Shown here piece after piece: positions 16,865 through 25,874 of a stretch of 64,000 nucleotides of DNA (its first letter is position 1; every line of letters begins with the position of its first letter). Below the pieces are notes generated by a model, which worked only from the letters and a program-made list of their open reading frames with translations, did not search any database and was not told the DNA's origin. Both the position numbers and the translations under genes were made by a program. The DNA comes from a virus. The stretch covers positions 1 to 64,000 of IMG/VR virus record IMGVR_UViG_3300027850_000002. One strand, 5' to 3'.

Positions 16865-17509
16865 TCATTTTATCTTTCGTACAGGTGTTGTGAATGCCCG
16901 GTCCACAGGCCACCCACGTGAAACGATACGACGGTGCAATTCTTTGTAGGGCAGTTTGAGTACGGCGGCCCAGTCCAAGAGGAGCTTCCTTTGTCCTTGG
17001 TAGGAAACGAAACGGTTGTTTCGTTTGTTACGAGCTTGCGTCGAACGCGTCGCCCAGACGCAGTTGGAGGGTGAATAGTCCAACTTGTTCTTCTTGCGTT
17101 CAATCGAATGATTGACAGTAGGCGGTTCTTTCATATCACTAATAAAACGTTCGAATCCGCCTAAACCTTGCCAACGTTTGCAAACCCGTATTCCACGTCC
17201 ACCGTAACGTTCCCAGTTTGAGCACGTTTTGTCAGAGCACCGCTGAAGCATTGCTCTGTAAACCGCGTACAAACGGTCCCTTGATCTCCCGTGTGTCGTA
17301 TTTACTTCACTCGTGCGTTCTCGATTCAAACATTTGCACGACTGAATCTGACCACCTATCAAGTGAGACGAGCGCACATTGACAGTGTCCCCGCAAATAC
17401 ACCGACAAACCCACATGATTTTCCCGTTGGTCCGTTGCCCAGAGTCACGAAGCACCGTTAACCGACCGAACTTTTGACCCTTCAAATCGATTGCACGGTT
17501 ACTTCGCAT
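16865..17509 (-). CDS. HNH-type homing endonuclease
   Basis: DLKGQKFGRLTV..WVCRCICG..SCKC..YGGRGIRVC..SIER..N..YSPSNCVWAT; AT-richer than flanks. Confidence 0.85.
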   Translation of the reverse strand: MRSNRAIDLKGQKFGRLTVLRDSGQRTNGKIMWVCRCICGDTVNVRSSHLIGGQIQSCKCLNRERTSEVNTTHGRSRDRLYAVYRAMLQRCSDKTCSNWERYGGRGIRVCKRWQGLGGFERFISDMKEPPTVNHSIERKKNKLDYSPSNCVWATRSTQARNKRNNRFVSYQGQRKLLLDWAAVLKLPYKELHRRIVSRGWPVDRAFTTPVRKIK

Positions 17510-17517
17510 TGGTCTTT

Positions 17518-18105
17518 CTATTTGTGAAAGTTCATCCACATGCGACTAGCCTGTGGTCTTGGATCACGTCCGTCGCGGTATTTAGCGTTCGGTTTGCTGT
17601 CGTAACCCTGTTCCGGCGCCCCGGTTTCAAAGTAGATGAGTTGCCCGATAGGCATGCCTGCGTAGACTCGGACAGGTTGGACGACATGTATTTCAAGAGT
17701 CCAATGACCTTTGTATAATACATCGCCACGTCCCGCAGTACAGTGGATCGTGATTCCGAGCCGCCCGATACTGCTTTTCCCGTCGAGGAAGGGAACGTGC
17801 TTGAGGCTCTCGGTGTACTCGCTCGTCGAGCCGAGATAGAGCGTGCCCGGAATCAGCACGATTCCATCCGTCCCGATTTCGTATGCGTGCGTTTCATGCT
17901 CGACTTTGCAGTCGAGCAGTCGGGGCACCAGGTTCGGCGTCGTGCGGCCTTCGTTGATGTCGGGATAGCCTGTGGCGTACGTCAGGATTGTTGACCCTAA
18001 GTGCACGTCGTACGAGTTGCTTCCAAGTGCACTTGGGTCAAACGGGTCGATAACGATGTCACCCTTCGCCATCGCCTCCTTGATCATCTTGTCGCTTAGG
18101 ATCAT
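17518..18105 (-). CDS. dcd: dCTP deaminase
   Basis: MILSD, SYDVHLG, GKSSIGRLG, TAG.GD..YKG..TLEI, IGQL.YF. Confidence 0.92.
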   Translation of the reverse strand: MILSDKMIKEAMAKGDIVIDPFDPSALGSNSYDVHLGSTILTYATGYPDINEGRTTPNLVPRLLDCKVEHETHAYEIGTDGIVLIPGTLYLGSTSEYTESLKHVPFLDGKSSIGRLGITIHCTAGRGDVLYKGHWTLEIHVVQPVRVYAGMPIGQLIYFETGAPEQGYDSKPNAKYRDGRDPRPQASRMWMNFHK

Positions 18106-18294
18106 TTTTCACAGGCTCCCATTCCAGGTACCAAGCAGTGATACCGATTTCGCGTGCGCTCTCGCAATCCGAGTGACCACATCTCTTGCCCTTGCATGGG
18201 AAGAAAGTTCCGCAGACCTCACACTTCTCGAACTTGTCGCCGCGGATTGCACGCCAGACATGCTTACTGTTCGAGCAGAGAGGTTGGCGAGGCA

Positions 18295-18579
18295 TCAGCG
18301 TCGGGTGGGTTTGGTGGTCGCGTTACGTACGAGCCACGTTTCAACGAGGTCGTCGACGGTTTTGAGGATGTCCTTGTCCTCGTTGGCAAGCACGATGGTC
18401 GCTTCCAGCGCCACATCATCCATACGGGCTTTGACGCGGTACTGGTAAGCCGTGTAGCCGAGGACCAGCACGCCGACGTCGCACTTGTCGGGGAACACGA
18501 ATCCCTTGATGCGCTCGACGTCGAGCGAACGCCTGACCTGGTCTCCGAACTTCTGGGTCACTTCTTCTTTGTTGAGCAT
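18295..18579 (-). CDS. Hypothetical protein
   Basis: MLNKEEVTQKFG... in the operon flow. Confidence 0.5.
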   Translation of the reverse strand: MLNKEEVTQKFGDQVRRSLDVERIKGFVFPDKCDVGVLVLGYTAYQYRVKARMDDVALEATIVLANEDKDILKTVDDLVETWLVRNATTKPTRR

Positions 18580-18845
18580 CGATAGTCCTTCCCAAACGCG
18601 TCGACAATGAGGCACTCCGTACAGGTTGGAGGACCTGGTGTGATTCGATTTTGGCTGCCGGGGTTCAGCTTGGCGTGACGACCACATGCAAGCTCCGCTT
18701 GGCGATTGGGGTCGAGTCCCACGCCGTTTGCGTCGATCCGAACGTCTTGTTCGAATCCGGACCAGCTGAGCCAGCGCAGGACGATGTGAACGCCGTCGTG
18801 ACGTTTCATGTACCAGGGAGGCCGCGCGACAGACAAAACAGACAT
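18558..18845 (-). CDS. H-C3 zinc-finger family protein
   Basis: HDGVH...LACG...PTCTECLI. Confidence 0.65.
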   Translation of the reverse strand: MSVLSVARPPWYMKRHDGVHIVLRWLSWSGFEQDVRIDANGVGLDPNRQAELACGRHAKLNPGSQNRITPGPPTCTECLIVDAFGKDYRCSTKKK

Positions 18846-19060
18846 GTGACGACCTCCTTGGTTGGGGTTCCGTTTGACGGGTCTTGCATCCAGAGCCCGC
18901 GTTCGCGGCATGTGAAGCGTAGGTTCAACGGCAACACTGAGCGTGGAGCGTCGACAGCCTTGCGCAGTGAGAATTCAACAGGAACCCGTTCTCCCACGAT
19001 GTCCCAAGCCTCAGTGACGATATGGACGACTCCATCCGGATCTTGAAACCGTCGGCTCAC
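18806..19060 (-). CDS. H-C3 zinc-finger family protein
   Basis: DPDGVVH...TC...VTCLFCLS. Confidence 0.7.
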   Translation of the reverse strand: MSRRFQDPDGVVHIVTEAWDIVGERVPVEFSLRKAVDAPRSVLPLNLRFTCRERGLWMQDPSNGTPTKEVVTCLFCLSRGLPGT

Positions 19061-19581
19061 TTGCGATCGATCACTGGATAGCCGATTTTCACGTCGCCGA
19101 GGTTTGGCCGCGACATCGCGACGGGGTTTAGAACGCTTCCACCGAACACCGCGCGTTCCATCAAAGCGATCAGGCTGCTACGCATCAGGCCGTTCGGACG
19201 CAGCTTGCGGTACTGCTGCAGCGTCTTGCCTTTGGGGTCGGCTTCGCACATCCCTTGGAAGACCATCCACTCGCGCTGCACGACTACGAGAGCGCCTGTA
19301 CACTCGTTGATCGTGTCTCGCTCGGCGAGTGCCTCATAACCCGAGAACACCGCCATTCGCGGGTCCGTTGGATGGCACGACATACGTGCTCCGTTGCGCA
19401 AGCCTTTCCATAACCGCGCCAAGTTGGCGGGAGTATAGAATTTATATGGGTCGGGTTTTGAGCTTTGATTGGCAAGACGCCATGGACAGTGCTTGCACGG
19501 CACCAGACACGCGGCTTTGACTGTGGCTGTCGACTTCAGAACCACCCTCTTTCTTCGGCGAGAGGCGCAGAGCCCCAACAC
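19057..19581 (-). CDS. Cys-rich PCxxCPWR family protein (start uncertain)
   Basis: PCKHCPWR..MSCH..ECTGAL. Confidence 0.65.
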   Translation of the reverse strand: MLGLCASRRRKRVVLKSTATVKAACLVPCKHCPWRLANQSSKPDPYKFYTPANLARLWKGLRNGARMSCHPTDPRMAVFSGYEALAERDTINECTGALVVVQREWMVFQGMCEADPKGKTLQQYRKLRPNGLMRSSLIALMERAVFGGSVLNPVAMSRPNLGDVKIGYPVIDRK

Positions 19582-19620
19582 CAGATTGTTTCGATGTTCA
19601 TCGGCTTGCGCCGCGGACCG

Positions 19621-19968
19621 TCATGGCGTCTTCGCCGTCCGGTTGATACAGCCCATGTGGGCGTAGGTCGACCGCGTCTCATCGAACCGTTGGATCTGTG
19701 TCACGTGGCTCGCGCTCGGCCCTTGGTCGAGGGGCAGCCTGCAGACCGGACAGGTCTCGGGCTTCTCCCAAATCTCGCTTCGGTCGAGCGGGACGGGACG
19801 CAGCTTGACGTCGAACTTGCGCAGCACGGCATCGATGCAGCCCCGTAGGTCCGAGTGGCTTTGCGGATAGTTGAGGTCGGCGCGCCACTCATGGAGACCG
19901 GCGATCATCGTCTCCATCAGGTCACTCGCGAGTGTTGAGAACGGTTCGCGGAGAAACGGCTTAGGCAT
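19621..19968 (-). CDS. Hypothetical protein with C-terminal CxxC..HxxC finger
   Basis: CPVC...HMGC. Confidence 0.55.
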   Translation of the reverse strand: MPKPFLREPFSTLASDLMETMIAGLHEWRADLNYPQSHSDLRGCIDAVLRKFDVKLRPVPLDRSEIWEKPETCPVCRLPLDQGPSASHVTQIQRFDETRSTYAHMGCINRTAKTP

Positions 19969-20297
19969 TAAATGTGTTTCCACTGTTTCCGGTTAACGAT
20001 GAGCGTCACCTGTTTTTGACTGACGCCAAAACGTACCGCGAGCACACGGTGTAGCGCGCCATTGGCGTGCGTCTTACGCATCGCGATTACTTGCGGTGCT
20101 GTTAGCTTGGACATTCCACTACGTTCTCCGAGGGGCGGATTTCCTCGGCCCTTACGAAGCATGTCCAGACAATTGTCTCGAGTGGTACCTTTGAACAAGT
20201 GTTTAAGGTTCACACACCATGGATTGTCACACGTATGAAGTGCCTTTTTGTTCCCTAAAGGTCCATGACGCAGTTCCCACATCACACGGTGGGCCAG
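19968..20297 (-). pseudogene. N-terminally truncated HNH endonuclease
   Basis: LAHRVMWEL..LHTCDNPWCVNLKHLFKGT..DN..DM..KGR..SKLT + HTH; no N-terminal half. Confidence 0.7.
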
Positions 20298-20470
20298 ACC
20301 ATGTCCTGTAGTTCACCCGCTTCTGTGCAGATGCCGATCATGCCGTGGAGGAGTCGCGCGAGCATGCGGTCCTGGTCACTCAACACGGTCTCGGTTGAAG
20401 CGGATGTGTTGACGAAATTCGGTGTCTTCTCCGAACGGAGTCAATCCTGTTGAAATTCATTTGGCGTCAT
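20282..20470 (-). pseudogene. MazG-like nucleotide pyrophosphohydrolase remnant
   Basis: MTPNEFQQD*LRSE...RLLHGMIGICTEAGELQDMV then abrupt junction; in-frame TGA at 20441-20443. Confidence 0.7.
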
Positions 20471-20517
20471 CGAAGCCTGATACCATAACGAGACCCCAAT
20501 TCGTTAACGAGATAAAC

Positions 20518-20934
20518 CTACGTTCGACGCCAGTGTTCCAGTATCAGCTGTTCGAACGCCCTTGTTGTTGCAGCATCGGCACCTGCGTCCCGCAGCACCC
20601 GTGCGATCTCCTCGACGGGAACGCATTTGGGGTTGTCGTAGAGCTGATGGAACTTTTCATTCCAGCCAACCAGTGGCTCGAACGTCACGCTAGCTCCCTT
20701 GAGCTTTTCGCAAACGCCTTTGCACTCGTCGCAGAGCGACATCGCGCCTTTGCGTCCGTCCTTGCCCGCTTCTGCTTCACGGGCGTACCAGGTCGGTTTA
20801 TTGGTACAGCGACCCCAACGTCCGCCGACGTCCCCGCCCATGATCCACGGGTTGTACGCTGATTTCACGTCCGCTTGGCAGCGTGCGTGATCGACGGACT
20901 CGAGTGGCGCGAGCTGGTTCGTAGCCTTGGTCAT
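20518..20934 (-). CDS. Hypothetical Cys-containing protein
   Basis: RCQA..RC..SLCDEC. Confidence 0.55.
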   Translation of the reverse strand: MTKATNQLAPLESVDHARCQADVKSAYNPWIMGGDVGGRWGRCTNKPTWYAREAEAGKDGRKGAMSLCDECKGVCEKLKGASVTFEPLVGWNEKFHQLYDNPKCVPVEEIARVLRDAGADAATTRAFEQLILEHWRRT

Positions 20935-21389
20935 GTGAGTCCTCGCAGCTTGGCCTCGACGTTGAGCACTTCGAGCCATTCCTTCCAGTCCTTCTTGAAC
21001 TCGCCCTCGTCACGCGTCAGCTTCGCGATGGAGTTGCGCAAGTGTTGTTCGTCCATCTCGAACACATAGAGCTTGCGACCGTCCTTGGTCTCCCACTTCC
21101 CGAGCCGCACGGTCTCCTCTCGGATGTAGCCCGGCACGCACGCAGGACAGCCGCGGCAGATCACACATTTCATGCACGACGGACCGTCGTACACGACGAG
21201 CGTTGGACCGAAGTGAATCCTGCAGCAGGTCAGGTATGAATCCCCGCCCTCGAGCCACGCACACGTGTGAATCAGACCGTCGTCGAATTTGTGGAAGTCA
21301 CGCGCAACGTTGTAGGGTGGTTCGTAGTTGCCTGGAACGACGCTGTTGCGTGTTGTGTGCAACAGTCGACGAGACTTCGTCGCCGTCAT
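20931..21389 (-). CDS. H-C3 finger fused to a WxTKDG phage domain
   Basis: DDGLIH..TCC..SCMKC; WETKDGRKL...MDEQHLRNSI. Confidence 0.65.
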   Translation of the reverse strand: MTATKSRRLLHTTRNSVVPGNYEPPYNVARDFHKFDDGLIHTCAWLEGGDSYLTCCRIHFGPTLVVYDGPSCMKCVICRGCPACVPGYIREETVRLGKWETKDGRKLYVFEMDEQHLRNSIAKLTRDEGEFKKDWKEWLEVLNVEAKLRGLT

Positions 21390-21393
21390 GGCA

Positions 21394-21630
21394 CTAGTAG
21401 CCAAACCCAGACTCCGCCAGGTCGGCGCAACGGTCGCACTGGTACCCGCATTCCCGATCCGCCGGCGTCAGCACGTTCGGCGTTTTGCAGTTGGGACACG
21501 GCAGGTTTCGGGGATTCGTCGGCGTCTCGGCGCGCAACGCGCTATTGCCGCCGGGGTCCGCGAACTGAATGCCGCCGTCTCCGTCGTCGGGCTCGTACAC
21601 GTCCTCGTCGTAACCTTCGTCATCGTTCAC
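21394..21630 (-). CDS. Small zinc-ribbon phage protein
   Basis: FADPGGNSALRA..PCPNC..YQCDRCAD. Confidence 0.7.
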   Translation of the reverse strand: MNDDEGYDEDVYEPDDGDGGIQFADPGGNSALRAETPTNPRNLPCPNCKTPNVLTPADRECGYQCDRCADLAESGFGY

Positions 21631-21952
21631 GGGGTTTTCCTTTCGAACGTTTCAGGGCGTTGTCGACGGTCTTGCCTGCCTCGCGCAGGGCCGTTTCAGG
21701 GTCAAGACCTTCTTTCCAAGCACGACCGGCGGCACCGGCAGGTGCAGCACAGTCCGAACGCACGCCGTAGATCGCCGCCGTCAGCGCCATGGTGATCGCC
21801 GCGGTGTCGAGGGCGGCGCCGGCACGCTCTCGACCGAGCGTGTTGGTCTTCGGCGTCTTGGCGTAGACGTGCGCGGCATGTCGAAGTGCAGTCCGTGCCT
21901 TCTGGAGTTCCTCGAATAGCTGACCGCCTTCGTTCATGACGACGGTGGACAT
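21620..21952 (-). CDS. Hypothetical protein
   Basis: 110-aa helical ORF abutting the ParB-like stop. Confidence 0.55.
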   Translation of the reverse strand: MSTVVMNEGGQLFEELQKARTALRHAAHVYAKTPKTNTLGRERAGAALDTAAITMALTAAIYGVRSDCAAPAGAAGRAWKEGLDPETALREAGKTVDNALKRSKGKPRER

Positions 21953-22918
21953 CTACTTCTTGGCCTTCTGCGCCGCCTTGTTGTCCGCGTAGACCTGCTT
22001 GAGGATCGCCTTGAGGCGGTCGTCGACGTCCTTCTCGCCGATGACCAACTTCAACATGTCTTCGGCACCTTCCCACCAAGCGAGCGTCTTCTCGCTGGTG
22101 TTGTGCGGGTGCGGGGTGTTCTGAACGCCGTCGAGCAGCTTCTTGAGCGTGCGCTTGTCGGTCACACCTGTGATGACACTGCTGCCGGTGCCCGCCGCTG
22201 CGATCTTGGCCGCACGCGGAGAACTCCGACCGCCCGCATGGACGTGTGTCATCAGCTCGTCGAGAGCCTCCTTCTGCTTCTCCGGCTCCTTGATCCGCGC
22301 CAGTGTCATGGCTGCACTGACCGAGACCTTGCCTGTCTCGACCGCCTTCTTGGTGGCGGCGAGCGCGTTGTCGTCGAATGCCAGCCAGGTCTTGACGGTT
22401 GGCAAGGTCACGTTGAACCGAATGGCCGCGTCTTCGGGCGAGACGCCCTTGTTCAGAAGGCGCTTGAGCTTGTTGATCTTCGTCATCACGTCGTCGTCGC
22501 GACGCGCTTCGTTCTCGGAGATCATCGTCCCCATGAGGCCGACGTCGGAGTCCCGCTTGATCTTGCAGTCGACCTTGATGAGCGGCTCGCCCTTCTCAGT
22601 GCGGCGCTGATTCGCCAGACGCGCAGCACGGACGCGAGAACGACCCACAACGACGGCAGCGAGTCCGTCGATCTTCGCAATGATGATGGGCGTGTCGACA
22701 CCCACAGCGTAGATGTTGTTGACGAACTCCGGGGTCAACGGTTCGTGGAGACGGACGTCGTAGAGTGCGTTCTCCTCGTCTTCCTCTGTGTCGTTGGGTC
22801 CTTGTTCGCCTTTGGGCAGGCACTTGCCGCCAACGATGCACAGGTCGAGAGGTTCGACGGAGTACATGGAGTTGCGGGCGAAGTCGAACGCCTGCTTCTT
22901 GGTCTTCGTAGCGGTCAT
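21953..22918 (-). CDS. ParB-like protein (ParB/Srx domain + HTH)
   Basis: GVDTPII..VVVGRSRVRAA..SENEAR..SPEDAAIRFNVTLPTVKTWL..GKVSVSAA. Confidence 0.8.
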   Translation of the reverse strand: MTATKTKKQAFDFARNSMYSVEPLDLCIVGGKCLPKGEQGPNDTEEDEENALYDVRLHEPLTPEFVNNIYAVGVDTPIIIAKIDGLAAVVVGRSRVRAARLANQRRTEKGEPLIKVDCKIKRDSDVGLMGTMISENEARRDDDVMTKINKLKRLLNKGVSPEDAAIRFNVTLPTVKTWLAFDDNALAATKKAVETGKVSVSAAMTLARIKEPEKQKEALDELMTHVHAGGRSSPRAAKIAAAGTGSSVITGVTDKRTLKKLLDGVQNTPHPHNTSEKTLAWWEGAEDMLKLVIGEKDVDDRLKAILKQVYADNKAAQKAKK

Positions 22919-23727
22919 CGGCGGGTTCCTTTCAATTGGATCAGTGGCGATCCCGTCGTTCGTTTCTTGGTGTCGAAGCAGTACTGGCACTTCTGACATG
23001 CACCCTCCAGCTCAGCAGAGCTGTCATACGATTCGTGAATGGTTGCGGGACAAGCCCGTCGTTCGGGTTCGCGATTAGCACGACCAGCGCCCGCGCGGTG
23101 CTCTTCGAACACTACGCTCACCCAGTCCGGAATCTTCTCGTCGACTGAACAGCGGACCCATGCCGCAAAGAACTGCGGCCGACGCTTGGCCATGAGCTTG
23201 AGCCCCGCGGTTCGGTGTCGGGGCAGTGTCGTCGAGTCGAAGCTGAGCATCACGTGGAGGTTGGGTGAGTCGACGAGCTTGGCCGCCAAGTCGAACTTCC
23301 GCGTCGAGACCCAGATTTTGAACTTTGGCTTGATTGCCTTGGCGTACGTCGCCAGCTGGTTGATGAAGTAGACGCTCCCGAGCTGCAGGTCCCCGACCCC
23401 AAACATCCGCAGGAAGTCCTGCTGACGAGAAACCACATGCGCGATGTCCATCGCTTCGTCGGCGAGCTGTCCCCATTCCCCGTCTTCGACGGAAAAGAAC
23501 GCCGAATTCTCCGCCTGTCGCTGGAGTGCAGCCGGTAGCCGGATACGTCCACCCAAGCCGTAGCAGTAGACGCTACATGCACGTGTCATCGCGGTGCACG
23601 TTCGCGCGATGCTCGCGTTGATCGAGATGCCGGTCTTGTCGTTCTTTGAAAGGAACAGCCGATCGGGTACGTCGTCTGCGTCGATGACAGGCGTCGCCTG
23701 TCGGAGCTGTTTCATCTTAGTCGACAT
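22915..23727 (-). CDS. Gp88-like Cys-rich phage protein
   Basis: N.K..TC....AC...CY..FLRM..VGD..WVSTR..NL...S.D..CP..CQKCQYCF. Confidence 0.65.
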   Translation of the reverse strand: MSTKMKQLRQATPVIDADDVPDRLFLSKNDKTGISINASIARTCTAMTRACSVYCYGLGGRIRLPAALQRQAENSAFFSVEDGEWGQLADEAMDIAHVVSRQQDFLRMFGVGDLQLGSVYFINQLATYAKAIKPKFKIWVSTRKFDLAAKLVDSPNLHVMLSFDSTTLPRHRTAGLKLMAKRRPQFFAAWVRCSVDEKIPDWVSVVFEEHRAGAGRANREPERRACPATIHESYDSSAELEGACQKCQYCFDTKKRTTGSPLIQLKGTRR

Positions 23728-24211
23728 GGAAGCCGTCCCAGATCATGGCGCCGCAAGAGCCACACTCGAGGCGCGCTGCGTCGATGACCTGTTCCTTGAC
23801 ACGGTTGAGCGCGCCGTCGCGCTCCCCCGAGATGTCTTTGTCGTTGTGTGACAAGTGAGCCTTCCATTGATGAGCCACGAGATACGTCTCGACGATTGCA
23901 CAAGCTCTCCGAAGGTCCTTCTTGCATTTAGGACACCGTCCAGGAATTACAACCTTGCGTGTCGTGATGCGTACGTGCGCGACTTCTATTGAGTGTGCCT
24001 TCCCACGTATGGGAACCACGTTCTCGGCAGAGTTGACGTCCACTGCGTCTACTTTGCCTGGGACAATGCCCGCAAACAGGATTCCCGCTTCGGCCTTACG
24101 AAGGGCCTTAGATTGCGCTTCCTGCCAGGTTTTGGCTTCGAAATGGTCTACGTAAGATTGTTCGTTATCGTCGTAGACGGCAAAGACCGTCCACCATTGT
24201 TTAGTAGCCAA
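23717..24211 (-). CDS. Hypothetical zinc-ribbon protein
   Basis: CPKC...CGSC. Confidence 0.55.
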   Translation of the reverse strand: MATKQWWTVFAVYDDNEQSYVDHFEAKTWQEAQSKALRKAEAGILFAGIVPGKVDAVDVNSAENVVPIRGKAHSIEVAHVRITTRKVVIPGRCPKCKKDLRRACAIVETYLVAHQWKAHLSHNDKDISGERDGALNRVKEQVIDAARLECGSCGAMIWDGFHVD

Positions 24212-24469
24212 TTAACACCAAAGGAGTACATGCCAAGCGCCGGCGTCCTTGCACTCGATGTACTTCGTGATGAAGTCTTCGGTACAACCACCCTCACGCA
24301 TTTCGGTAACAAGAAATTGCCAATACGGGATGCCTGTATCGATAGGTTCTCCGATATGGAGAATGAATTCGCACCATTCTCTATGAACGAACGTTGCATT
24401 CTCCTTGCACCATTTCCAGTTGGTGTCGTCTTCAGCGAAGTCCCATTCGACTTCAGCTAATTGCTTCAT
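24212..24469 (-). CDS. Hypothetical protein
   Basis: MKQLAEVEWDF... Confidence 0.5.
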   Translation of the reverse strand: MKQLAEVEWDFAEDDTNWKWCKENATFVHREWCEFILHIGEPIDTGIPYWQFLVTEMREGGCTEDFITKYIECKDAGAWHVLLWC

Positions 24470-24710
24470 CTCCATGTGATTCACGGACCTCACGCACCGC
24501 GATAGCGATGCGCAGCATGTCGATTTCATCGGCCACCGATACGCCACGGCCTCCGTGGGCGTTGAATGTTTCAACGGCGGTTTCAAGGGTTTCGCGCATT
24601 GCCTCGAGCGGTGTCTCAGACCACTTCTGCAACGCAACCATGATGTCGTGCACAGGTAGATCCCACCCGACAGCCTCTTCGGCTGCCGTGCGTTCCTTCG
24701 TCGTGATCAT
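24453..24710 (-). CDS. Hypothetical protein
   Basis: GGAGG RBS; GGRGV..ADEID. Confidence 0.55.
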   Translation of the reverse strand: MITTKERTAAEEAVGWDLPVHDIMVALQKWSETPLEAMRETLETAVETFNAHGGRGVSVADEIDMLRIAIAVREVRESHGDEAIS

Positions 24711-24717
24711 TCGCCTC

Positions 24718-25473
24718 CTAGGCGAGCGAGAACTCACGCACCAATTCCCAACCGTGCCACGGCAGGGAGATCAGCGCGGAGATTCTTGCAATAGGGACGC
24801 ATTTGCAGTCAGGACATGCGGCCCGGTGTTCAATCGGTTTCACCGTGGCGCCCTCAGGAACATTCTCGCGGACCGCTTGCAGTTTCGAGAACTGAAACGA
24901 GTCCATGTACTTTGGCGGGCCGACGTCGAACGTGACCCGGTGCGCGCAGCTGCACTCGCAGGCGTCGCCACGTCGCAGCGGCTCGTAGACGTTGAAGCCC
25001 GCGATGTCCAATAGCTCGTCGGTCACCGCGTCGAGGATCTCATCCTCAGGCAGGAACCCCTCCGCCATACGTGCTCTCTGCTCATCGTCGCCGTGCTTCT
25101 CGATCCAACTCCGCAGGGCCCGTGACCGCGCGTTGTCCTTGGCCGTGACGTCCCGCGATGCCACCGCCGCAAGCTCAGCTTTGCGGGCATCGTCGATGCG
25201 TTTGGCCTCCTCGAGACGTTTGCGTTGCGTCGCACGAAGTTCGAGCACAGGTCGAATCGAAGACAGCGACGCTTCGATAACAGCGGGCTCGTTTGGATTT
25301 TCCCCGATGGGCTGGTTCGCTTCGTAAGCCAACGCCAGCTCGAAACGCAGCTCGTCAGGCAGTTCTTTCAACGCTTCCTCGGTGAGGTTGAAGGACAGAG
25401 TGCCGACGCTCGTACGTCCCGCCATGATGGCAGCACGCGGGGACACAAAAACGTTGATGGTCAGCACAGGCAT
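24718..25473 (-). CDS. Hypothetical protein
   Basis: 251-aa ORF, coiled coil, CxCxC and CPDC. Confidence 0.6.
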   Translation of the reverse strand: MPVLTINVFVSPRAAIMAGRTSVGTLSFNLTEEALKELPDELRFELALAYEANQPIGENPNEPAVIEASLSSIRPVLELRATQRKRLEEAKRIDDARKAELAAVASRDVTAKDNARSRALRSWIEKHGDDEQRARMAEGFLPEDEILDAVTDELLDIAGFNVYEPLRRGDACECSCAHRVTFDVGPPKYMDSFQFSKLQAVRENVPEGATVKPIEHRAACPDCKCVPIARISALISLPWHGWELVREFSLA

Positions 25474-25874
25474 GGCATCACATGAACAGAGACCAAAGCG
25501 TCAACGTGACCAAGCCTAGGCAGATGGCAATCATGACGAGACTTACGAGAACCTGCCAGGCCGTTAGACGTGGCGGGTCCTTGGGTGCCGCCATGAGTGC
25601 CGGGAACGGAAGAAGGTTGTTCTTCAAGTTGGACTTCTCGGCTTCTTGCAGTCTTGGCACAGGACTTCCTCGTCGAGGGTTGGCTTGTGGTCTTCGAACG
25701 TGAACGGGTCTCCACAGACGCCGCAGGGTCCTACCGCACCGTGCGCTACGAGGTAAGCGTCGAGCCCTGCTTGCGTTGGATTGTTGATCTCGGCGATGAC
25801 CTTGTCGACAACATCCTGCGTGCCGCCTTCAGCGATGGCGTCGTAGAGCCCTGCCAAGTACATGTCGAAGTACT

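Noticed and set aside
20441-20443. Genome-wide TGA recoding suggested by the in-frame TGA in the MazG remnant
   Set aside because: Many genes end in TGA with ATGA/GTGA overlaps, and long conserved genes are uninterrupted in the standard code.
1-21389. Diversity-generating retroelement behind the finger variability
   Set aside because: No reverse transcriptase or TR/VR pair with adenine-specific differences was seen in the window.
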